A stretch of 56,168 bases of DNA from a virus (lineage: Duplodnaviria; Caudoviricetes): IMG/VR virus record IMGVR_UViG_3300032295_002548, positions 1-56,168 of that record; one strand, written 5' to 3'. The notes under the pieces were generated by a model that did no database searches, was not told the DNA's origin, and saw nothing but the letters and a program-made list of their open reading frames with translations. Of the stretch, positions 33,282-41,147 are shown piece after piece. The stretch's first letter is position 1; each line of letters starts with the position of its first letter. Both the position numbers and the translations under genes were made by a program.

Positions 33282-35251
33282 CCATCCTGCTGGACATTGA
33301 AACGCGGTCACGTGCCGATCTCCCCGAGGTCGGTGCGTACCGCTACGGCTGCGACCCCTCCACCGAGGTGATGCTGATGGGCGTCACGACGGAGGAGGAG
33401 TCGCAGCCTGTCCGGCTTTGGGTAAACCCCAAGTTCGAGGCGGCCGGGATCAAGTCGGATCCCGAGGCGATCGAGTTGCTCAAGTCGGGGACCAAGTTCG
33501 TGGCGCACAACGCGCCGTTCGAGATCGCCGTGCTCGACAACAAGACCGACCTGTTCCCGTGGATCCCGCTGAACCAGTGGCACTGCACGCAGGCCATGGC
33601 CCGGATCGCTGGCGTGGCTGAGAGCTTGGAGAAGTGCGCGGCGATGCTGCAGTTGGGGGTGGACAAGGATGCGAAGGGCAAGGCGCTGATCCGCCGCTTC
33701 AGTATCCCAAAGGAGGACGGCACGTTCAACGAGCCAATCGATTTTCCGGATGAGTGGCGTCAGTTCTGTGAGTACTGCCGGCAGGACGTGGTGGTGGAGC
33801 GCAAGATCTGGCACAAGCTGAAGAGGTTCCGCATCGAAGGCGTGAACTGGGACACGTGGCAGCTGACGCTGCGGATGAACGAGGCTGGCATCCCGGTCAA
33901 CACGACCGCGCTGCGCAACGCGCAGGCCATCCTCGACGAGGTGACCCGGGAATCCGGCGTCGAGTTCACGCGGCTGACAGGTTTGCAGATTACCCAGCGG
34001 GAGAAGGTGCGTCAGTGGTTGGGCGCCAACGGCGTAGCCTTGGAAGATATGCAGGCCGAGACCCTGCAGTCCTTGGACAAGAGCAAGCTGCCCGCACCGG
34101 CGGCCCGGGTCATTGAGTTGTATTCCCAGATGTCCTTCGCCGCGGCGAAGAAGGTATCAACCATGCTGCAATGGGTGATGCCCGACGACCGGATGCGTGG
34201 GGTGTTCAAGTTCCACGGCACGGGCACGGGGAGGTGGAGTGCAGGCGGGCCGCAGATCCAGAACGCGAAGAAGGCGACGCCGGCCATGCGCCCGGTCACC
34301 AAGGAGGCATACGCCGCGATCTGCCGGGGCGCCTCGGCCAAGGAGATCGACGCGGTGTATGGCAACCCGGTCGAGGTGATCTCCTCCTGCATCCGACACT
34401 TTGTCCACAAACCGGATGCCCGGATGTTGGATGCGGACTACAACGCCATCGAGGCACGCATCGCCTGCTGGCTATGCGATGACAAAGTGGCGCTCGACGA
34501 GTACCGCAAGGGCGTGGACCGCTACCGCCGCATGGCTGCGCTGATCTTCAGCGTGGCTGAGTCGGCCGTGACCCCCGATCAGCGTGATCTAGGAAAGCAG
34601 GCGATCCTCGGTCTGTCGTACGGCATGGGGGCGGACAAGTTCCGAACCAGTTGCCAGCTCAAGGGCATCGAGATCAGCGAGGAGCTGGCCGAGCGGGCGA
34701 AGGTTGCGTTCCGAACGAAGCATTCGCGGATGACCGAGCTATGGTCGAAGCTGGATAACGCGCTGAGAGCGTCGATTGATTCGGTGGTATGGGCCCCCAA
34801 CTTCGGCCCCAAATCCCTGATCACGGTAAGTCCTAGGGTCACGTCCGACTATTGGACCCGGTACGTGGAGGTCAAACTGCCGTCGGGTCGGAGGCTGAAC
34901 TATCCGTCACCGAAGCTGAGCGAGGAGCCGGGGTTCCCGGGCCGCAAGCAGTTCACCTACTACGGACAGATCCCGATGTCCCAGCAGTGGGGGCAGATCA
35001 AGTTGTACGGGGCCAAGCTGTTCGAGAACATCTGTCAGGCTGTCGCCGCAGACCTGATGTCCTATGGGGCACAGAAGGCGGAGGAGCGGTGGATGGCCCC
35101 GTTCGCCTTGATCCACGACCAAGCCCTAGCCATACAGCAAGAAGGTCAGACGGCTGACCAGTTCGCCGCCGCCCTACAAGAGCTTCCGCCGTGGGCTGCC
35201 GGACTTCCCCTCAAGGCGGAGGCAAAGTCAGTAAACTACTACAGCAAATGA
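33278..35251 (+). CDS. Family A DNA polymerase with 3'-5' exonuclease (APSE-like)
   Basis: Exo I DIETRS, Exo II AHNAPFE, Exo III YCRQDV, TGRWS, motif A DYNAIEAR, motif B R..GKQAILGLSYG, motif C IHDQ. Confidence 0.93.
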   Translation: MTILLDIETRSRADLPEVGAYRYGCDPSTEVMLMGVTTEEESQPVRLWVNPKFEAAGIKSDPEAIELLKSGTKFVAHNAPFEIAVLDNKTDLFPWIPLNQWHCTQAMARIAGVAESLEKCAAMLQLGVDKDAKGKALIRRFSIPKEDGTFNEPIDFPDEWRQFCEYCRQDVVVERKIWHKLKRFRIEGVNWDTWQLTLRMNEAGIPVNTTALRNAQAILDEVTRESGVEFTRLTGLQITQREKVRQWLGANGVALEDMQAETLQSLDKSKLPAPAARVIELYSQMSFAAAKKVSTMLQWVMPDDRMRGVFKFHGTGTGRWSAGGPQIQNAKKATPAMRPVTKEAYAAICRGASAKEIDAVYGNPVEVISSCIRHFVHKPDARMLDADYNAIEARIACWLCDDKVALDEYRKGVDRYRRMAALIFSVAESAVTPDQRDLGKQAILGLSYGMGADKFRTSCQLKGIEISEELAERAKVAFRTKHSRMTELWSKLDNALRASIDSVVWAPNFGPKSLITVSPRVTSDYWTRYVEVKLPSGRRLNYPSPKLSEEPGFPGRKQFTYYGQIPMSQQWGQIKLYGAKLFENICQAVAADLMSYGAQKAEERWMAPFALIHDQALAIQQEGQTADQFAAALQELPPWAAGLPLKAEAKSVNYYSK

Positions 35252-35541
35252 GCACCGACGGCAACGATCCCACCTATCCTGACCGCAACAACGCCGGCCT
35301 GACCAAGCGCGAGTACTTCGCCGCGCTGGCCATGCAGGCCATCCTCTCGGACCCCAAGGACATGGAGTCCGAGGACGAAGCCAACGAGGGTGAGGAGATG
35401 GACGAGATGGAAGGCGGCGAAGAGATGGAAGGCGGTGGCAAGAAGTACTACGGCCGGCGCGACGGTGAGTCGTGCATGGAGTGCTGCTGCCGCATCGCCG
35501 TCGAGCACGCCGACGAACTGATCAAGGCTTTGAACCGATGA
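35248..35541 (+). CDS. Conserved small phage protein with an acidic insert (97 aa)
   Basis: GLTKREYFAALAMQAIL...AVEHADELIKAL family motif. Confidence 0.75.
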   Translation: MSTDGNDPTYPDRNNAGLTKREYFAALAMQAILSDPKDMESEDEANEGEEMDEMEGGEEMEGGGKKYYGRRDGESCMECCCRIAVEHADELIKALNR

Positions 35542-35810
35542 CCATCCACGCCCGACACCAGATCTTCGACCGGCCGGTCAACGTATCCGACAAGGATGTT
35601 GAACGGTTGCAGGTTCACCTATGCAACTGGCAGAAGCTCCACGAGATCATGCTGCTGGGGGTGAACGAGGAGGATCTGCGTCGGCTGGTGATCATGGAGT
35701 TGGCCAGCCACGACCGGGAGCGGATCATCTCCCGGTTGCTTGGCCGGCTCGCCAAGGTGCAGCGTCAGTCCATCAACGAGCGGATCGCCAAGTTGAGGGC
35801 GCGTCGATGA
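35538..35810 (+). CDS. Hypothetical helical protein (90 aa)
   Basis: ATGA overlaps on both sides. Confidence 0.65.
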   Translation: MTIHARHQIFDRPVNVSDKDVERLQVHLCNWQKLHEIMLLGVNEEDLRRLVIMELASHDRERIISRLLGRLAKVQRQSINERIAKLRARR

Positions 35811-36100
35811 CGGAGGCTGCAGTCGAGCGCAGCGTCGTGGAGTACTGCCGTAAGAAGGGGCTCCTGACCTACAAGTTTACCTCTCCGGCGCACCGGGGCG
35901 TGCCTGATCGTATCATCATTGGGCCGAACCGGGTGCTCCTGCTTGAACTCAAACAGGCGGGGAGAACAATCACGTTGCTCCAGCACCACGAGCTGACGCG
36001 GATCAACCAGTACTCCGGGCCAAACCTGTTGGCCCTGTGGGCAGCGGGGAAAGACAGTGCCATCCAGATCATCGACGATGTCTTCTTCCCTGTCCCTTGA
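35807..36100 (+). CDS. VRR-NUC domain nuclease (97 aa)
   Basis: E..VE, KFTSP.HRGVPDR, LELK..G....LQ. Confidence 0.88.
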   Translation: MTEAAVERSVVEYCRKKGLLTYKFTSPAHRGVPDRIIIGPNRVLLLELKQAGRTITLLQHHELTRINQYSGPNLLALWAAGKDSAIQIIDDVFFPVP

Positions 36101-37409
36101 GCCGTACCAGATGGTGATGAGGGACTTCCTCACCACCCACAAGCAGGCGTACTGCACGGTTGGTCTGGGGTTGGGCAAGACGGCGACCACCCTGTCCGCC
36201 CTGAACGAGTTGTTCATGGACGGGGCGATCCGCTCGGCGCTGATCGTGGCCCCGCTGCGGGTAGCCCGCATCACGTGGCCCAACGAGATCGCCAAGTGGA
36301 GACAGTTTAACTGGATGCAGGTCGAGCACCTGTACAACCAGCCGCCCTCGGGCAAGGCGCAGATCTACCTGATCAACTACGAGCGCCTGCCCCAGCTGAA
36401 GTCGCTCAAGGAGTTCGACGTGCTGGTGTTCGACGAGGTGACCAAGGCGAAGAACCCGACAAGCCGGCGCATCATGGCGCTCCGCCCGCTGCTCAAGCCC
36501 CGGCATATCCGATGGGGTTTGACTGGTACGCCTCGCCCGAACGGGCTGATGGATATCTTCGGGCAAATCCGTTTGCTGGATGACGGCGAAAGGCTGGGGG
36601 CTAGGCACAGTTGTTTCCGCGAACGCTGGTTCTACCCGACCGACTACATGCGGTACAACTGGGCGCCCCGCCCGGGTGCGGAGGAGGCGATCTACAAGAA
36701 GATCTCCGACATCACCCTGACCCTACGCAGCAGCGACTACCTCGGCATCCCCGACCTCGACGTAGAGGACGTGATGGTTGGGATGAACGACGCGGGCGGG
36801 CGGGCGTACGAGCAGCTGGAGAAGGAGTTCCTCACCGTCATCAACCAGCGTGACATCGTCGCCGCCAACGCGGCGGTGCTGGTGAACAAGTTGCTGCAGG
36901 TGTGCAGTGGCTCCATCTACAGCGAGGACGGCAAGACCTACGAGAAGATCCACGAGGAGAAGATCATCGCGCTCAAGACCTTGGTCCGTCAGGTGGGGGA
37001 GCCCATGCTGGTGGCGTCCCAGTTCCGGCACGAGGCCGAGCAGATCTGCCAGCTGGTGCCGGGCGCGGTCCACATCTCCCAGATCAAGGGCAACGTGGAG
37101 GACGAGTGGAACTCGGGCCGCATCAAGATGCTGGTCGCTCATCCCCAGTCCCTTGGCCATGGGCTAAACCTACAACAGGGTGGCCGGATAGTGGTGTGGT
37201 TCTCGCCCACGTGGAGCCGGGAACTCTACGACCAGTTCAACGCCCGCGTCGCCCGCAAGGGGCAGGAGAAGGTGCCCAAGGTGTACCGCCTGCTGGTGCC
37301 GGAGACCATCGACGAGGTGGTGGTCGAGACCCTGCGCGAGAAGGGCGACGGCCAGAACTCCATGCTTCAGATCATGCACAACTACCAGAAGATGAAGGGG
37401 GTCGCGTGA
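36078..37409 (+). CDS. SNF2-like superfamily 2 helicase
   Basis: L.PYQ, GLGKT, APLRVA..TW..E, FDEVT, LTGTP, HPQSLGHGLNLQ, QFNARVARKGQ. Confidence 0.9.
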   Translation: MSSSLSLEPYQMVMRDFLTTHKQAYCTVGLGLGKTATTLSALNELFMDGAIRSALIVAPLRVARITWPNEIAKWRQFNWMQVEHLYNQPPSGKAQIYLINYERLPQLKSLKEFDVLVFDEVTKAKNPTSRRIMALRPLLKPRHIRWGLTGTPRPNGLMDIFGQIRLLDDGERLGARHSCFRERWFYPTDYMRYNWAPRPGAEEAIYKKISDITLTLRSSDYLGIPDLDVEDVMVGMNDAGGRAYEQLEKEFLTVINQRDIVAANAAVLVNKLLQVCSGSIYSEDGKTYEKIHEEKIIALKTLVRQVGEPMLVASQFRHEAEQICQLVPGAVHISQIKGNVEDEWNSGRIKMLVAHPQSLGHGLNLQQGGRIVVWFSPTWSRELYDQFNARVARKGQEKVPKVYRLLVPETIDEVVVETLREKGDGQNSMLQIMHNYQKMKGVA

Positions 37410-37834
37410 CCTTCGCTACCCTGACCGCTACCGCCACGATCCTGTTGGCCCCGGCTGTGCCGGGCATCGAACGACTCGACACCCCGGAGGCTACCGGAAC
37501 CGAACTACTGTCGGCCATGATCATGGTCGAGAGCAGCGGCAACGACCGGGCAGTGGGGGCCAAGGGTGAAACCGGCAGCCTGCAAATCTCTAAGGTACTC
37601 CTTAGAGATTTAACCCGCATCACCGGCCGGACCTACCCGGTGCGGGATACGTTTAACCGGGCAAGCTCTTGTCAGATCGCGGTTACCTACCTCACCTACT
37701 ACGTCAACGAGGCCCGGCTTAAACGGCCGCCGACCGCCCGTGACTACGCCTTGGTCTGGAACCGCGGCCCGAACGGCTGGAAGAAGGTCGGCTATGACCC
37801 GTACTGGGCCAAGGTGCAGCAACATCTCCCATGA
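37406..37834 (+). CDS. Lysozyme-like lytic transglycosylase with a hydrophobic N-terminus (142 aa); endolysin candidate
   Basis: AMIMVESSG (catalytic Glu), G.LQI, WNRGP.G, YWAKV; GTGA overlap. Confidence 0.8.
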   Translation: MTFATLTATATILLAPAVPGIERLDTPEATGTELLSAMIMVESSGNDRAVGAKGETGSLQISKVLLRDLTRITGRTYPVRDTFNRASSCQIAVTYLTYYVNEARLKRPPTARDYALVWNRGPNGWKKVGYDPYWAKVQQHLP

Positions 37835-38079
37835 AAACCAACTACCCGAAGTGTATGGAAGACACGCCCAGTGAATGCCGCTTCGTGGAGGGCACGCGCA
37901 ACGCCACCTCCATGCACAGCCCCATCATCCGATCACGTACCGGCGAACCGGTTGCTGGCGGCAGCAACCAGATCAACTGCACGCTCAGCTGCGTCACCTG
38001 CGGCCGAAGCTGGTCGGCTAGCATGACCGAACTCGATGTGGCCCGGGGCATCCTGCCCCAATGGAAACTCAATCGATGA
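37831..38079 (+). CDS. Small Cys-containing (zinc ribbon-like) protein
   Basis: C-x7-C...C-x3-CVTCGRSW. Confidence 0.55.
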   Translation: MKTNYPKCMEDTPSECRFVEGTRNATSMHSPIIRSRTGEPVAGGSNQINCTLSCVTCGRSWSASMTELDVARGILPQWKLNR

Positions 38080-38266
38080 TCTCCAGCATCCGCCGGATGA
38101 CCGACATCACCTCGTCGTCGTCCTGCGGAATGGTCAGGGACCGGCGACGCTTCTTCGCCGGTCCGCCCCCACCCCCGCCGGCGACTACCCCCTCGGTCAG
38201 GATCAGTCGGTCCGCCCCGTCGAGGAGGAAGTAGTCCGACCCATCGAGCAGGAGGAAGTCGTTCAC
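38069..38266 (-). CDS. Small protein with LLLDG repeats (65 aa), last gene of the late operon
   Basis: MNDFLLLDGSDYFLLDGADRLILTEG, Gly linker, DDDEV..VI terminal helix. Confidence 0.6.
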   Translation of the reverse strand: MNDFLLLDGSDYFLLDGADRLILTEGVVAGGGGGGPAKKRRRSLTIPQDDDEVMSVIRRMLEIID

Positions 38267-38267
38267 G

Positions 38268-38654
38268 TTAGTCCTTGGGCGAACGCGGGCGAGATCCCGA
38301 ATTGCCCCCCTGCGTGGGGGTCGTCACAACCACACTCGCCACGACATTCTTCGGCGCGATCACCGGCACGACGACGTTGATCGTCAGTGCGTTTGATTCG
38401 GCGTTGCCGGCCGAATTGGTGGCCTTGGCCCGATAGGTGCCGGAATCGGTGGTCGCGGCAGACGCGATGGTGTAGCTGGCATTCGTGGCGCCAGCAATCG
38501 CCACTCCGTTCTTGCTCCACTGCCACGTCAGCGGCGGCGTACCTTCCGCCGTGGCGGAGAACGCCATCTGTTGGCCGGTGTTGACGGTGAGCGTGTCGCC
38601 AGTCTGAGCGACAGAGGGGACTGCGAGCAGGAGTAGAGCGAGGATGCGTTTCAT
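38268..38654 (-). CDS. Secreted single Ig-like (I-set) domain protein
   Basis: Signal peptide MKRILALLLLAVPSVA; GTPPLTWQWSKNG..IAGAT.ASYTI...DSGTY...TNSAG. Confidence 0.8.
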   Translation of the reverse strand: MKRILALLLLAVPSVAQTGDTLTVNTGQQMAFSATAEGTPPLTWQWSKNGVAIAGATNASYTIASAATTDSGTYRAKATNSAGNAESNALTINVVVPVIAPKNVVASVVVTTPTQGGNSGSRPRSPKD

Positions 38655-38676
38655 TTTAGGTCAGGTGAGGTACGGA

Positions 38677-39117
38677 TCAGGCAGGCGGAGTAGGCCAGAC
38701 AACCACCCACGGGAATCCCGGCTGTTGAGGCACATCCCGCAACTCCTGCCGGTAGGTACGCCACGGCAGGGGGTCAACCGGCGAGTCTGCAAGCTGGGTC
38801 CAGTCGCACGCCAGTAGGAGCTGATCGCGTTGGGCGCGGACGTTGGAAGCCTGTGACTCGTTGCGGGCAGTGATCTCCTCCGGGGTTAATGGGACAACCT
38901 GTACGGTGTACACCCAGTCGCCGTCGATGTACGGCGGGCAGGCAGCGAGCTTCTCCGTCATCTGGTCATACGGCAGCCAGACATTCACCTTCATCGCGGA
39001 GTTCTCGGAAAGGAACTCGTCGGAAGGGCCGGACGGCGGGAAGGAGGTTTGCGGGAATAGGGCGCGGTAATCACCCACGTCGGTCACCTGTCCGTTGTCT
39101 ACTAGGGCGATGTTCAT
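38677..39117 (-). CDS. Tail fibre assembly chaperone
   Basis: VRAQRDQLL..CDWTQLADSP..W.TYRQELRDVPQQ.GFP..V.WP..P. Confidence 0.85.
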   Translation of the reverse strand: MNIALVDNGQVTDVGDYRALFPQTSFPPSGPSDEFLSENSAMKVNVWLPYDQMTEKLAACPPYIDGDWVYTVQVVPLTPEEITARNESQASNVRAQRDQLLLACDWTQLADSPVDPLPWRTYRQELRDVPQQPGFPWVVVWPTPPA

Positions 39118-41147
39118 AGGTCAGGGAAGGCTGCGGTAGGCGGGGTGAAGTTGGCGGTGTAACGGGCGACCCCCTTGGTGATGCGGAGATCGTCAATGTA
39201 GCCGTTAAGCGGCCAGTATGGGCTCCCGCCGTCAATGTTTGCGCCGACGTAAACTGGGTTACCTGAGTTTGTGGGCGAATTGGTGGTGGTCACACGGGAA
39301 GTTCCGCCGAGGTAAAGTGTGGTTGTCGCCCCGCTTTTGCAGATCGCAAGATGAGTCCAAGTATTGAAACTGAAAGCTCCGGTGGACGTTTGGATTGAAT
39401 TGGCGCCTACTTCGTAGCGCATCACGCCGCTGCTTGTGTAGGAAATGCGCCAATCGGTCGTGCCCTGCTGAACGATGGCGGACGTTCCCGTCGATACCGC
39501 ATAGAACCAGCACTCAATTGTGAAGTCACCCGTGCTTAAATTAAATAGGTTGGGCGTACCTTGCACTCTGAGCCAGTCGCCCGACCCATCAAACTTCAGC
39601 GACCCCGTGCCGAACTTCTTGATGGTCGTGTCAATCTGCGCGTTCCCCACCGTCTCCGGCACGGCCATCATCGCGTTGTCAAGGATGGCGGCGTTGGTGA
39701 AGTTGAGCAGAAAGGAGGTGTTGGTTACGGCGGTCAACGGCGCAGTTGGCACCGGGATGTTTGCCGCGGATGTAGGGTCGTAAAGCGCCTGCCCCTTGAG
39801 TATCCGCATATCGGATAAATACCCATTAACAAACCCAGCATTGGATGTATTATTTGATCCTATGTAAGTAGCTGCTGTATTGAAAGCAAAAGTATCTGTT
39901 GTTGAAGATGCAACACTCACCCCATTAATCCACATCCGAGTTCTATTTGAGGTATCGCGGCAGAGCGTGCAATGCGTCCAAGCGCCAATCGGAGCCGAGC
40001 CAACACCAAAAAATACATCCCCAACTCCCGGTTTTGAGTACCTCCAGCCTCCTCCGCTCGAATTAACCGACACTTGAAACGTATTCGCGCCGCCTTGAAT
40101 AAACAGCATTTCAGCCGTTGATAGACGATACAACCATACTTGAAACGTGAACGCGCCTCCAGATGGAAAATCGCACAAGCCTGTGGCCGATGAAACGTAA
40201 ATGTTATCGCCCGTCCCATCAAAATACCCACTCCCCCCAATCGTTCCCGCCGCATAAGCCGCCGTCGGGGAGAACGGGGAGAACCGCTGCACGCTGACAT
40301 CGCCGTTGCGGGTTAGGGTGAAGTTGTTGGTAGATGCGTCGCGGAAGCGGTTAGACTGACAGGTCAGCAGCGAGGTGTTCGTTATGGCGGTAAGCGGGGC
40401 GGTCGGGATGCTGTAGCTCCCTGTGTAAAGCGCCGTTCCCTTGAGCACGCGGACGTTAGAGATGTAACCATTCAGCTCTTGTATGTACCCCGGATACCCC
40501 AAACGTCCGATGGCAATAGCTTGCCCGCTGTCTATTGTCTGAAGTGAAAGCGTGCCACTAGCAACCTCGGCCCCGTTCAAAAACAACTTCGTCGTTGTTC
40601 CTGACCTAGCAACCGCAATGTGATTCCAACTGCTTTGAGGGACGGTAACGGTTGCTGAAAGGAATGAATTAGAGCCCGACTGCCAGTTGCTGAAACCGAT
40701 CCCTGTGCCCGTAGTTGTTCCGTTGCCCGAAATACTTAACCCCCAAGAGTTTGTAAGGGTTTGAATTGTTGTTGGAAACGATGCGACAACGGTCGCCTCT
40801 CGCACCGAGTTGCCATTCAGCGACGAATTGCCAGCAATGTAAACCCACGCCTCGATTGTGAAGTCGCCCGTCCCAAAATCAAACGCCGCATTGTCTGGAA
40901 TTGATAGGAAGTCGCCGCTCCCGTCAAAGTAGTTGCTCCAGTTGTCTCCATACGGCGAGAACGTCCCCTGCGTCGTGTTCCCGTTGCGTGTGATGGTGAA
41001 GTTGTTCGTGCTCCCATCCACGAACGTGTTGTTCTGCCCGCCGTTCGTGCCGTCCCCGTGCAGGAGCAGGGTGACGTTCTCGAAGTTGGGGTCGGTAGCT
41101 GCTGGCGCAGCCGACCCCGCCAGAGTCCTTAAAAATGGGTGTCTCAC
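39114..41147 (-). CDS. LamG/ConA-like lectin fibre protein with three LamG domains (677 aa; start corrected to GTG 41147)
   Basis: DPNFENVTLLLHGDG; repeated GDFTIE.W, W.H.A.....T..L..NG, GYI.D.RI.KG.A.Y; GTGA overlap. Confidence 0.85.
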   Translation of the reverse strand: MRHPFLRTLAGSAAPAATDPNFENVTLLLHGDGTNGGQNNTFVDGSTNNFTITRNGNTTQGTFSPYGDNWSNYFDGSGDFLSIPDNAAFDFGTGDFTIEAWVYIAGNSSLNGNSVREATVVASFPTTIQTLTNSWGLSISGNGTTTGTGIGFSNWQSGSNSFLSATVTVPQSSWNHIAVARSGTTTKLFLNGAEVASGTLSLQTIDSGQAIAIGRLGYPGYIQELNGYISNVRVLKGTALYTGSYSIPTAPLTAITNTSLLTCQSNRFRDASTNNFTLTRNGDVSVQRFSPFSPTAAYAAGTIGGSGYFDGTGDNIYVSSATGLCDFPSGGAFTFQVWLYRLSTAEMLFIQGGANTFQVSVNSSGGGWRYSKPGVGDVFFGVGSAPIGAWTHCTLCRDTSNRTRMWINGVSVASSTTDTFAFNTAATYIGSNNTSNAGFVNGYLSDMRILKGQALYDPTSAANIPVPTAPLTAVTNTSFLLNFTNAAILDNAMMAVPETVGNAQIDTTIKKFGTGSLKFDGSGDWLRVQGTPNLFNLSTGDFTIECWFYAVSTGTSAIVQQGTTDWRISYTSSGVMRYEVGANSIQTSTGAFSFNTWTHLAICKSGATTTLYLGGTSRVTTTNSPTNSGNPVYVGANIDGGSPYWPLNGYIDDLRITKGVARYTANFTPPTAAFPDL

